From: Spirogloea muscicola
Taxonomy: Eukaryota
Direction of reading: 5' to 3'
NCBI GenBank assembly: GCA_009602725.1
Contig: WELB01000002.1
Location: 132,021 to 196,020, forward strand
Length of the DNA stretch: 64,000 nucleotides
Both the position numbers and the translations under genes were made by a program. This document shows, one piece after another, positions 10,855-23,319 of this stretch. Below the pieces are notes generated by a model, which searched no databases, was not told the DNA's origin, and saw nothing but the letters and a program-made list of their open reading frames with translations. Position 1 is the first letter of the stretch. Each line of letters begins with the position of its first letter.

Positions 10855-11586
10855 TTGAGCTGTTTAATCAGGGAGTGCACGGCGGCATCCGCTGGGCCAC
10901 GTCCACAGCGTCCGAAGGGCCGGGACAAGGGCAGCTTCAAGGGAAAGCGTGAGTGCCTAGCCGTCGCCTCTGGGCGCCACATCATTCAGCCAGACGCACT
11001 TGAGCTGTTTGATCTTGCTGGCCTTGTTTGCCCGTCAACCAACGTACCGGTTGTGCGCACAATTTCTGCATTATTGCAAGGTCTGGAGGCCGGAGGGCTT
11101 CTATTTGTGTGGGTTGCCCACAACGACTTGCAAGACGCTGCTGACATTTACTTGAACTGGCCTGAGCGCCGTGACGCTGCAGAAGTGCTGTTCTTCATTG
11201 TGCCGCAGAGGCGCAGCGTGACTAGTCGAGCTCCGCTGGGGATGGTACTGCTGTGCTCGCACGAGGCAGGTCACAGGCTCCTTAGGCGTAGCGTCGATGC
11301 TTATGAGCATAGGCCTTACCCGACTGCGGTTAGGGTCTACGTTGCTCGCACCCCGTTCCTGGGCAGCGTCCATGGTGAACATACCATACTGTTTGAGGGG
11401 CTGGTTGCTACGGCACCAGCTAGGTTCCTCGTAGACTCAGGGGCCTCAGTGTCCTTCGTGAGTAGGGATTTGGTGTGCTCCGCTGGCTTGCATCTGCAAG
11501 CAGACGGTCTATCTAATGTGCCAATAGCCGATGGCCAGCCCACCACTGTGCTGGGTTTTATGCTCAATTCCAAGTCAGCAATATAA
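10855..11586 (+). pseudogene. End of Gag, uninterrupted extra (MTase-like) domain and aspartic protease
   Basis: Open frame KGKRECL...LFFIVP...GMVLLCSHEAGH...FLVDSGASVSFVS. Confidence 0.85.
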
Positions 11587-12167
11587 AGCCGAGGTGCTTT
11601 GTTACGCTATTGCGCTGACGGTCGCTTTTGGCGTGATCATTGGAATTGTGCACCACCAGCATCCTCGATTTTGCACGCCAGACTTGCACTGTCCAACGTC
11701 TCGACAAATGCAGTCTCAGGTCGACGACCTGCTGGCGACGGGCTATGATGCGTCCTTTCAATTGCCATACGCAGCGCCCATTCTTTTTGTCAAAAGGAGA
11801 ATGAGTGTCTACGCATGTGCAGTGATTATCGGGCTTTGCTGGCTGTGGTGCACGCTTACCGCACAATTCGATTTCCAGTAGGTTTATAGCCCTGGACGGC
11901 TTGATGTTGGAGACCCTGTGCGTCCCAACATTCGCGGAGCTGATGAATTGGCTGCCTTGAACGCTTCGTCCGACTCGTCAAGCTTCTCGGCAACCCACAG
12001 CTGACCTCTCTGCTCTCTGTCCTATCCGTCAAGGGTATGGCAAAGAATCATGGTTCGCTGAACACGCCAACGTCAGCGTCCTCAACTATGGTCAGCATCC
12101 CCGAGCTCCACTTCAGGGGGGGAGGCCGGAACGAGTTCCCGCCGCGGTAGCCTTTACTGGGACCCTC

Positions 12168-12539
12168 GTGGAGGCTCAGAGACGAGCTCGGCAATTCTTG
12201 GAAATTGCTCAGAGTCGCCAGAAGGCTTATGCTGACAAACATCGGAAGGACCTGTCCTTTGATGTTGGTGCGCAAGTGCTGCTTAGCACGAGGCACTCAT
12301 CCTTGCGGGCTGTGGGTACGCGCCTTGAGTTTGAGTTTAAAGAGATCTTGTCTCACAGGGACAAGCCTCGAGGGCGTACGACCCGTGAGTATCTGGTGAA
12401 GTGGCTCGGGTATGGACCTGAGCACAACACGTGGGAGCCTGCGGCCAATTTGGCAAATTGTCCGGATGCTCTCAGGGAATACCTGGCCAAAGTTGGTAAT
12501 GCTCCTAGGCCAGGTCGAGGCAACAGCCGTCGGGTGTAA
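12168..12539 (+). pseudogene. Integrase C-terminal fragment with chromodomain (GPY/F segment deleted in frame)
   Basis: LRAVGTR|LEFEFKEILSHR...[18 protein letters not shown]. Confidence 0.88.
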
Positions 12540-12597
12540 AAGCTGTCTGTTATTCTCTCGAGGTTCCCGAGGACGTGAACACTAGAGTAGGGAGGTA

Positions 12598-13138
12598 TAG
12601 AATGAAACAGCCGTCTGGTTAAGCCACATGGCTCTGTTGGCATTACATGACCGAATATTTGGGCCAGGTGCCCTGCCAGCTGCTAGGCTGGCTGGCCGGT
12701 GGCCCGCCCGGGTGCGGGTCCCGCCCGTCCGGAATTACCCCTCAAGGATCCGCCCGGCCAAGGGAGGATCTTTGGGCCTGCCGCAAGGCGGGCCTTGAGG
12801 CGAACCTGCTCACACCCCTGGAGGGGGGGGTGGCATAGGGAAGTACTAAGGAGCCTCAGGGGCTGAGGCTCAGGAATCAGTTCGAGCCGAGGAAGCCTTG
12901 GAGCAGCCTTGCCGCTGCTCGCCGCCGCAGCCGCCGCCGCACTACGCTGCGGGGCCTGCTGCGCCGGCCTGCGCCCAGGATGTGGAGTCGCCGTCAAGGC
13001 GGCGCCATAGGGCCTGTCTTCCGCTGCGCTATGTGCTAGTGCTTCCTTGTGTAGTGGGTTGGCCCCTAAACCCCCTATGCTCGAATCCAATAAGGACTCT
13101 TTCCCTCTAACTGCGTGTTCAGGGCGAGATTCACTACA
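12598..13138 (+). repeat. 3' LTR, family B, with altered 5' terminus (TAGAATG instead of TGTAATG)
   Basis: Homologous to 26959-27478, 43830-44414 and 49151-49733; follows a PPT. Confidence 0.9.
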
Positions 13139-14869
13139 TACAATGCCGTAAGATGTACTCCAAAACCCGATTCATCTTTTCTGTCTGACCACCTTGTTGG
13201 GAGTGGAAAGACGTGGGCATAGATTGCTGGGTGCCAGTCAGCCTGCACACTTGTTTCCAGAAGTGCCCCGTAAAGCGAGGGTCGCGGTCAGACACTATTC
13301 GCTTGGGAACTCCGTGCAGTTTCCATACTCGATCCACGAATATACCAGCAAACCCCTTGGCTGACACCTTTGTGGTTGTAGGCACAAAATGCGCCATAAT
13401 ACTCAAACGATCCACAAATACGGCGATGGCGTCACAGCTGTTCCGCGTCATCGGTAACTGGGTGATGAAATCCACATTTACAACAGACCAGTTCCTTGGA
13501 GGAACCTCCAGGACATTTGTAAGGCTAGAATTGGCCTCCCTTTCAATTTCATGCGAACCACGCGCCTTCCTCCAACAGTTGCAGTAATCCGGCAGGATTA
13601 CGAGAGCGTGCCTTACTGCGCTGGCAGGTGGCAAAAGTCTTCACAGAAGATTCCACTTGGACTTTCAATTTCGGCCACCAAAGGAGAAGCTGACAGCTTT
13701 CTTTTTCCTTCCCATACCCAAATGACCACTTTACGGAGGCTTATGCAGTTCTTGCAAGATACTGCTGCGCAAGGCAGTGCAGTCAGGGACTGCAATGGCG
13801 TCACCTCGCCACCAGAAGCCTTGGTCATTTACTAGTGTGCGTGTCTTGGTTTCATCTGCAAACCATGGGTCAGCGCCATACCCATCACGAAAACGCACAT
13901 ACAGCTCAGAGAGGTTGGCGGTGGACTGCCGAGCAGCTCCACGAGTAGGTCACACGTCTGCGGTCTGAACCCCTGAAGCGTGCAAAAGACAGCCGCCACA
14001 ACAGCCCCTGCAAGTTGCGGCTCATCGAATCCGCAGCATTCGTTTTTTCAGAGTGGTACAATCACTGGAAACGGAATGTGGCCATGCACTTGGCTCATTG
14101 TGCTTGACGCCTGCTCAATTGCTGTTGTGTGTGAAGGTAGGTCAACGGGCAATGTCTCGGTACAACCGCAAATTCAACACGCACAAGATTGCATCGCCAT
14201 ACACGTATGGCGTGCACAACAACAGCAAGGAGCTCTTGCTCCCCCGTAGCGGACTTATGCTCTGCGGGACAAAGTAGGCTACCTTCAAATGCTACGGGGT
14301 GACCCCCCTGCAAGAGAACGGCACCAGTGCCGATCAAAGAGGCGTCATTACTTCAAATGGCACGTCTTCTCGAGGCAAGGCCAAAACGGGTGGACGCACC
14401 GGGACCCGTTTTCATATCCTCAAATGTCCTCTGGCATTTGGACGTTCACACCCAGCTTACGTCCTTACAAGTGAGCTTCGTAAGAGGAGATGCCATACTT
14501 CCGCATCCGTACAGGAACTTACGGAAGTAGGTTGCGAATCCCAAAAGGAACGCAATTGTTGCACATTCCGTGGCACACTGATCACTACAGTCCTTGACTA
14601 CTTGGTGGGGTTGACGCGAACTCCGTCTTTGGTCACAACATGCCCTTTGGATGTTCCGGCTGGTTATACACATTGTTGGCATACGGTTGATTTGCACGCA
14701 GCAATTGCAGGACATGCTGCAGGTGCAGTACGTGATCCTCAGGCGTTATTCTGAACACCAGTCTGCCATTCACGAACCAGCACAGAGTCACACAGTAGGG
14801 ACCAAAAACTTTTATCATCGCAACCTGACACATGGCAAGTGCTTTTGGTGAAACCAAACGGAGCATCTT

Positions 14870-15580
14870 TGTCGCGTTCGGACCTAAACAGGCAGGTTAG
14901 AGCCGAATGCGTCCTTATTGGATTGAGTGATTGGGATTTAGGGACAACCACCCGCCACGAGGAAGCTCTCCGACACAGCGGAAGACTTGCCTTGTGGTGC
15001 TGCCGCTAAACAGCAGCTTCACCCACGGGCACACGCTGTAGCCTTACCTCCTGTAGGACGCCGCCAAGGTCTCCAAGATCAGCCGGCAACGAGCCGCGCG
15101 GGGCAGCGGTCTACAGCAGCAGGCAGCCGCAGGGCTGCACGCTTCTCCGAGCGTCACTGAGTCCCCAGCCCGAGGTCGGGTCTCTCTCTGCTCATGCGAT
15201 AGTCAGTGCTTCTCCGTGCCACCCGCCCTCCAGGGTGTATTGGGGTCGCTCCAAGGCTCGCCCGCGAGGAGCGTGCCTGACGAGGGAACCATGAGCTGTC
15301 TCCAGCAGGCGCCATGGCGCCGAGCATGGCCGCGGCGGGCATGCCGCCGAGCATGGCCGCGGGCGGCCATGCCGCCGTGGGCGTCCGGCCCACACATGCT
15401 GCCGAGCATGTCTGACTGAGCATGACGGGAGCATGCCAGGCCACCTGGACGAGCCCGGACGCAATGGCATCGTCACGAGTGCCGGGGCGGTTCGTCACGT
15501 CGAATGGGACGAACGGCCAAACGAACATCATGTAAGCGTTAACGACACCGTTAGGCGCTCACAAACCGGGGAACGTTACA
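14870..15580 (-). mobile_element. Solo LTR, family C; TSD ATCTT
   Basis: TG...CA ends; ATCTT at 14865-14869 and 15581-15585; paralogous empty site at ~38480. Confidence 0.92.
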
Positions 15581-18168
15581 ATCTTGCATCCGAGGAGCCG
15601 AGCGGCCTACGACAAGCCATCATGGGACTTCCTCAGGTTTGAGACGAAATGGTCATCACCACTTTGCAAAGCTAGGAAGCTATGCACATAAGCTCTCGCA
15701 AGACAATCTTACAGATCATCAATGCTAAGCAAAAGGCCTGCTATCTTGACAGTGAGCTCGTTCAGAGCTCATACTCGAGGCACATTCGAGAATTCAGCCT
15801 ACTTCACAGCGAAGAGGATGGGTGCACCGCACGACAATTGTCAAGAGTCACACCATGTGAGAAGACAACACTCATAGCAGAGTCAGGGGAGACTCTGTGC
15901 GCATCGTCACAATGAGATACTCAGCCAAAGCTGGATACATGTGAGAGTACGTCTTCAAATACAGCCTTTGGCTTAGCTTGCCAGGATGCTGGTAAAAGCA
16001 CTCCCATACAGGTCAACCATATGACAACCAAAGGCAGAGATGGGCATTCATCCAGAGTGCTCAGAAGGTACTAGCCAGCTGAAGGCATCACATGCCGGCA
16101 GCTTACACTCAAGTGCACAGAGATACTCAGGCTATGGAGAGCCATGGACTTGCACTGGAAGTAGATAGCACCGAGGTGCTACTGACCAGGGTCAATAGGC
16201 CACTAGATTAATGAGGATGGCGGCCAGCCATAGTCCTCATCTCACTACAGTGCCAAGCACCATAGGCTTCCAGTAATTGGAGTGTGCCCACGCACAAACC
16301 AAGGTGAAGGCGCGCCAGCCGCCAACACCGGAGATATGGCAAGGTGAGTACAATGCAGGGATCACCCATGCCGAGGCATCACACAGTACTGATCTCAAGA
16401 TAAAGTCCACAACTTCCACGGGCAAAAGCCACAACTAGGCCAGCTTCATATGGGCGTTACTACATTAGAGCCCAACTCGTACAAGCTTGATGGGATCCGG
16501 CAAGCCTGTGCAAACCAACAGCACAGCCGATATTTGCCAATGACTTTTGGCACTTTGTCCATTTGCCAGAAGCTTGCAGACACCAGTGGGCTCAACAAAG
16601 TCTTACTGTTCACAGTTAGACTACAATGTTGGCGCTATGGCACCGAATGCCGAGGCACTTACAACAGTAAGAATATAGCTAAGAGCTACAAATTCAAGCA
16701 GTTTAACAGTGGTGGAGAAACGCCATCAAATCCATACTTCACGTGGAAGTGGCCTGCCTTGTGGCGGTACAACTTAGCCAATTCCTTTGGAGGTAGAGGG
16801 TTTACTCCAAGACTGCACGGCACAGTCACGACTATTTTGTGAACTGATCGAAGTGCAGCTGGCCAGAAATCACCCATACAACAAGGTGTTCTTCGTCCAT
16901 TAGCGCTTGCATAAGCCCATACAAAGAGCGTACGACTGGCACAACAGACTGCGGACACAATCGTCCTACGAACTTAAAGTGGTGTCACATACCACGTCAC
17001 ATTGGTGACTTTGCGGGCGTGCAGCTCTGCGGAATTTTCAGCCGTAAACAACGGCGAGTGAGTGGGTGAAGAAGTCCCAAGTGTTAAACACTCTGAGGTG
17101 GGAGGACGACTTCACAGTGTTCCACCATGCGACAACATCGTTCGTGTCATACGTAGCCGCAATTTTCACGCAAAACTCGAATAGTGTCGCGCATATCATG
17201 AACCAGCTGTTCAATTCGCGGAACCAAGCGGTCAGACTAACTTGCCCATCGCACTCGGAGGGCTAGCACGGCTGGGCACGACCCAGCTGCCTGAAATAGC
17301 GTACTTTTGCCTTGACGCGACGAACTCGCTGCTCTTCAGCATACACATGGGCGAGTATTGTTCGCATCTCTTCGCGTGACACTTCCCACTCAGGGATCGC
17401 CAGCGAATGACCACTCTGAATGGCATCCGCGATGTGCTCCACAAGACGCGCAAAGCGTTACACCTCGGCCGGTGTCAGGCCGTCCAGGTCGGGTGCGTGG
17501 AGCTCCGCCAACTCACTTTCCACCTCCTCGACGTCAGCCGGAGGTACAGCCAGCGGAGAAGGACTAGCTTGCGCACTCGAGTCAGCCGACTCCATGCCTT
17601 TTCACCAAAACACTGAGGGATCAAGTCAGTGGAGGGCATAAGACACAACGGCTGAGACAATACTACCACAATATTACTGAGCAAGCTGGTGCCCCGAACA
17701 AGCAAAGCAATCATGATAGCGCGCAAGTCATAACCCCAAAACACAAAGCAGCACGAGCGAACTGAGGGAGGGGCCAGGGCTGGTGTACGGACCAGTTTCT
17801 GGCACATGGCCAGCCAGATTTCGCCGCCCATCGGCGGTCGGTTTCACCTCCTTGTCACAAGACAGGCAATCCGCCGACTGCCGCCGACCGCAGGTGGTTA
17901 TGCAGGCGAAGTACTGACCTGGCAATTGCGATTGCCGCCGGGGGGGAGAACCGATTGATGTTTGCCGACCCCAGATGAGTGGATGCAGCGGCCGAGTGTT
18001 CACAGCACCAATCAGCCCGCCGATGCAGATCCACGGGTACACTCTGGCAAGGGATCTAAGTCACAAGAGACTAGTCAGTGCCAGAGCATCAGAACGAAGC
18101 TTGCATGGTCAGCCGTATCATCACGGAACATGAGGCTAGCAAGATGCAAGAACTCCTCTGATATCAAA

Positions 18169-18953
18169 TGTGACAATCTGAGCCCTATACAGACAGTTAG
18201 GGGTTAGGACGTCCTTATTGGTTTCGATCGCTGGGGTTTAAAGACAAACCCCCAGCACAGTGAAGCACCACGTGTACCACGCTGCGGAATACCTTGCCCT
18301 GAGGCGCCGCCGACAGGCGGCGACTCACCTCTCAGGTACGGGCCAGCAACTGTCCTCAAAAGAGCAGTCACAGTCTTACCACAGGACGATGAAGGTCCGC
18401 AACGACAGGATGCGGCAACGGGCTGCAGCAGCAGGCAGCAGCAGGGCTGCGTCGGCGGTGCTGCGGCAGCAGGCGGCAGCAGGGCTGCGCCTCTCTCTCG
18501 CGGGCTTCACTGACGTTGACCGGGTGACCCGAGTCTGCTCTCAGCCCTACTTGTGCCATTCTCCCCAGGGGTCTCTAGGAGGCTCGCCTCAGGGCCCACC
18601 TCGGGAAGGCGGGCCCGACTAGGGGAATCTAGTACGAGGGCAGGCCACGCGGCTCCCGTCCGGAGGCGGCGGCCGTCCTGCGGCGCCGCCTTGCGGCGCC
18701 GCCAGTGGGTCACGGGTGTGGCGCGGCGTCACAGGCGCGCCACACGTGTCACATACACGTCATTGCGAGCACGGCGGCAGAATTAGGAATATTCCGAGAA
18801 GCTCCCGCTGTGGAAGTCCAGGATTCACCGCCCCTGCTGGAGGCGGCGCGCCTGCGTGTCACATCGTCAGCAGGCGCGTCACACCGTGCGACACCTCGCG
18901 CGGGTCGCTCGCGCGTCGCACGCGCGTCGCACGCGTCAGGCACGTGCGCGTCA
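18169..18953 (-). repeat. 5' LTR (family A'), U3 end truncated
   Basis: Homology to 8010-8890 and an adjacent degenerate PBS. Confidence 0.85.
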
Positions 18954-21282
18954 GCTTGTCTGCGATGCCTCTTTGACCGGCATTGCTCCCGTCCTCTTGC
19001 AAGAGGGTCACCCGTTGGCTTTTGAAAGTCGCCTGCTGATACCTGCAGAGCTATACACTACGGGCGAGCAGAAATTGCTGGCTGTGGTGCACGCCTTACG
19101 TGTCTGGCGTTGCTACCTGGAAGGTGTGAGATTTGCGATTGTCACAGATCATTGCCCGTTGACATATTTCCACACACGGCAGCATTTAACTCAGCGTCAA
19201 GCTCGATGGTCGGAGTGCATTGCACGATCCGATTCCCAGTCGATTTATCGCCCTGGACGTCTTGATGTTGCGGACCCTGTGAGTCGCAACATTACCGGCG
19301 CTGATGCGTTGGCCACCTCGAATGCTTCTGGAGTGCGGACTGCAGGACTGCGTCCGACTCGTCCAGCTTGTCAGCTACCCACGGAAGGCCTCCCCGAGCT
19401 CTATGTCCGTATCCGTCAAGGGTATGGTTCCGATCGGTGGTTTGCTGTGGCCGCCAACGTAAGGTAAGCACCCTCACTGATGGCAAAGGCTTCTGGTGGC
19501 AAGGCGACACTATTGTGGTCCCGGACTGCAATGCCTTGCGCACTGACATAGTGCAGGAGCTGCATGATACGCCTTCCAGTGGTCATCTGGGAGTGAGCAA
19601 AATCCAAAAGGCTGTGCGACGCTTCTTTTGGTGGAAGGGCTTTTCAGCCCAGGTGCGCGCTTTTGTGGTAAGCTGTGCCACATGCCAGCCTAGTAAGGCA
19701 ATCTCTGGCAAGCCTGCCGGATTCTTCAGCCCTTGCAGAATCCGGAGCGCAATTGGTCTGATTTCAGTGTGGATTTCATCACACAATCGCCTAACACGCG
19801 GAACGGCTATGATGCCATTGTCGTCTTTGTGGATCGCTTGAGTAAGATGGTGCATTTTGCTCCCACAACTACGCGGGTTTTGGCGAAGGATTTCGCTGGC
19901 GTCTTTGTGGATACGGTGTGGAAACTGCATGGAGTGCCTGAGAGGTTGGTCTCGGACCGCGATCCTCGCTTTACAGGTCACTTCTGGAAGGAAGTTTGCA
20001 AGCTTCTTGGCACGAAAACAAGCCATGTCCACAGCCTATCATCCACAACCGGATGGCCAAACCTAGCGAATGAATCGAGTTCTCGAGGACATCTTGAGGC
20101 ACTTCGTGAACCTTAGCCAGACTGACTGGGATGACTATTTGGCTCCAGCTGAATATGCTGTGAAAATGCCTATCATGCGTCCACCAAGGAGACTCCATTT
20201 TCCCTCAACTACGGTCAGCATCTCCGAGCTCCACTTCAAGTGGGGAGGCCGGAACGAGTTCTCGCCGCGGTAGCCTTTACTGGGACCCTTGTGGATAAGG
20301 TGTGGAAGCTGCATGGAGTACCTGAGAGGCTGGTCTTGGACCGCGATCCTCGCTTTACAGGTCACTATTATAGAGAAGTCTGTAAACTTATTGGCACGAA
20401 GCAGTCCATGTCCACACAGCCTTTCATTCACAAACGGATGGCCAAATTGAGCGAATAAATTGAGTTCTCGAGGACATGTTGAGGCACTTTGTCAATCATA
20501 GCCAGACTGACTGGGATGAGTATCTGGCTCCCGCTAAATATGCCGTAAACAATGCCTATCATGCGTCGACGAAGGAGACTTCATTTTCTTTCAATTATGG
20601 TCAGCATCCCGAGCTTCACTTCAGGTGGGGAGGCCGGAACGAGTTCCCGCCGCGGTAGCCTTTACTGAAACCCTCTTGGAGGCTCGGAGACGAGCTCGGC
20701 ATTTCTTGGAAATTGCCCAGAGTAGCCAGTAGCCAGATGGCTTATGCTGACAAACGTCGGAAAGACGTGTCCTTCGATGTTGGTGCGCAAGTGCTGCTGA
20801 GCACGAAGCACTTAACCTTGCGAGCTGGGGGTACGCGCAAGTTGCTGCCCAAGTTGGTTGGACCATTTGCAATAGTACGCCTTGTGGTCAAGGTGTCCTA
20901 CGAGCTGAAGACACCCTTGCATTGGAAGGTCCATTACGTCTTGCATGTGTCTCAGCTGAGGGCCTCCTTTCGGATGGTCGTGTCCAACCGCCCCACCTCC
21001 ACTAGTCATCGTGGATGATCTTGAGTTTGAGGTGGAAGATGATTTTGTCTCACAGGGACAAGCTCCGAGGGCGTAAGACCCGTGAGTATTTGGTGAAGTG
21101 GCTCGGGTATGGGCCTGAGCACAAGACGTGGGAGCTTGCGGCAATTTGGCAGATTGTCCAGATGCTATCAGGGTACCTGGCCAAGGGTGGTCTTTTATTA
21201 GGCTTGGTATAGGCAGCAGCCGTCTGCATCTTAATATCTGTCGGCTGTTCTATAACATCCCTGTCCCTTATCATACAGTTAA

Positions 21283-21999
21283 TGTAACGAATGCTGTGGA
21301 TCGCCAAGCCCGCGCTGCCAGCGGAGCAGGGAAAAGCGGGGAGGCATTTGAATGGGGCTGCAACGGTAAAAGTGAGCAACGGTCACTGCAGGGCCAAGGG
21401 TCCAGGGGTCCAAGGCTGGGTGAAGAGCTCACCCCCTTTCCCTTCTCGGATTCGCCCTTGATAGCCCGACGGACAGCGAGCCCGGCCATACGGGCCCGGG
21501 TGTAATAAGTAGCAACCAGTCTCTCGTTGACGACCCGACCCGTCCACGACCTGTCGACGGCCATCAACGGGCTACCACTGACAATCTACCCATCCATCTG
21601 CCACCACTGCCATACTGACGATCCCCCGTCAATACCCCGTCATTAGCAGCTGACGGTCAACTACTCTCGGGCTATTGTGAGCCGTATATCGTTCCCGTCA
21701 ACACTAACGGCTTACGACGCCGTCTAGGCAGTCTGCAGCGCTGCCGCCTCCCGTCGCCGTTCCAGCGCCAGCACCATGCTGTTCCGCGCGTCACGACTCC
21801 GGGTTGCGCCGCTCTCAGCTCAAGGTTGAATCCAACCTTCCCTGCCTGTTGAAATGTCCGTCTCCAGGCATCTGTCAAGCCTTTCCTGCGGCACTGACAG
21901 TCAATTAATAATCTGTCAGCCGGATGAGGTGTCTAGTCTCCAGGCATCTGTCAATACATTTCTTCTGCATTGACATTCCAGCCATGTAAATTCGTTACA
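21283..21999 (+). mobile_element. Solo LTR, family F (only copy in the window; orientation tentative)
   Basis: 9-bp terminal inverted repeat TGTAACGAA...TTCGTTACA; TSD GTTAA/GTTAG; splits a family E LTR cleanly. Confidence 0.85.
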
Positions 22000-22482
22000 G
22001 TTAGGGTCAGAATCTCCTGTTTGAGTTCGGTCATAGGGTGTTTTGGAGACAACCCTCATACAAGAGAATGCCAACGCATCTACGCGCACAGAGCGCAACG
22101 AAGTCTTACCCTGAGGCACCGCCTAGGGCGGTGACTTTACCAATAAACTGTAAGGGCTGAAGTAATCCGGCAGCTTTGCCTGAGATTGCCTCACTACGCT
22201 GGCATGTAACACAGCTTGCCACAAAAGCGCGCACCTGGACCAAAAGAGGCGTCGCACAGCCTATTTGGTTTTGCTCACTCCTAGATGACCACTGCAAGGC
22301 GTATCATGCAGCTCCTGCATCATGTCAGTGCGCAAGGCATTGCAGTCCGGGACCACAATAGCGTCGCCTTGCCACCAAAAGCCTTTGTCGGCCAGCGGCC
22401 ATGCCGCCCGGCGGCCCGGCGGCCATGCGGCGGCAGCTCAGGCGAGCCGCGGCGCTCCGGCATCGCTGTCGCGCGTCGCCCA

Positions 22483-23230
22483 TGTAACGTCCCCCCGTTT
22501 GTTAGAGCCAAACGGTTCCCGGTAAGCGGCTTCGCGCGACAACTCGCGATGACCTCGCGACGTCTCGCGATGACCTCGCGACGTCCCCGCCTTCACGCGC
22601 GCCACGCGCCAGTCACGCGCCAGTCCCCTGGACTTGTGTCTTATTCGTCCCGCAGTACGCGCGGCACGCCCCCCTGCATCCTCATTGTGCGGGTCCGCTC
22701 TTCCAGGGGCCGGACCTTGGGGGCTACCCGCGCCAGTCATCCCCATTGTACTGGTCCGCTCCTTCGGGGGCCGGACCTTGGGGCTACCCTCGTCACACCT
22801 CCGGGGAGGGTGGCAGGTGGACCGCTATAAGAAGTAGTAGGCCGAGGCCAGACTCTTCAGTCGAGCCAGTGACGCCCAGAGAGAGGCACAGCCCTGCTTG
22901 CCTGCTGCCGCAGCCGCCGCCCCAGCTCTGCTGCTGCCGACTGCTGCCCAGCCCGTCGCCGCAGCCCGACGCTGCGAACATCGCCGGCTCTCCGTAAGTG
23001 CCACGGTTGCGCCTCACCTGGGGCCAGCTACTAACCCAGCCCTCTGTAGAGTCGCCGCCTTCTGGCGGCGCCTCAGGGTAAGACTTCCGCTGTGCTATGT
23101 GATGCACTTGAGTACACCGTGTGCGTTGGCGATCCACTCTGTATGGGGGTAGTTCCTAAAACCCCCAAGGCTCGAACTCAATCAGGACGTACTAACCCCT
23201 AACTGCATGTATAGGGACCAGGACGTCACA
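22483..23230 (+). mobile_element. Solo LTR, family D; TSD GCCCA; inserted in a family A U3 fragment (~22390-23314)
   Basis: TGTAACG...CGTCACA; GCCCA at 22478-22482 and 23231-23235. Confidence 0.93.
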
Positions 23231-23319
23231 GCCCACGTGTCGCACGCAAACGAGATTGGGGCCGCGCGCCGTTACTACGCGATCAAACGTCACGTAAAGG
23301 GTGGGGACGTCGCACTCTC

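Larger units (their letters stand above)
9695..13138 (+). mobile_element. Internally deleted chromovirus (LTR family B) with an inverted U5 in place of the 5' LTR; TSD TACAA
   Basis: TACAA at 9690-9694 and 13139-13143; PBS 9747-9757; gag start 10227; protease; chromodomain; PPT; 3' LTR 12598-13138. Confidence 0.9.
8010..18953 (-). mobile_element. Degenerate chromovirus copy interrupted by insertions at 9695-13138 and 14870-15580
   Basis: Chromodomain 9010-9250, integrase 9300-9694 plus 13139-13830, RH 14050-14360, RT relics, gag 17030-17596, PBS ~18156-18166, truncated 5' LTR 18169-18953. Confidence 0.85.
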
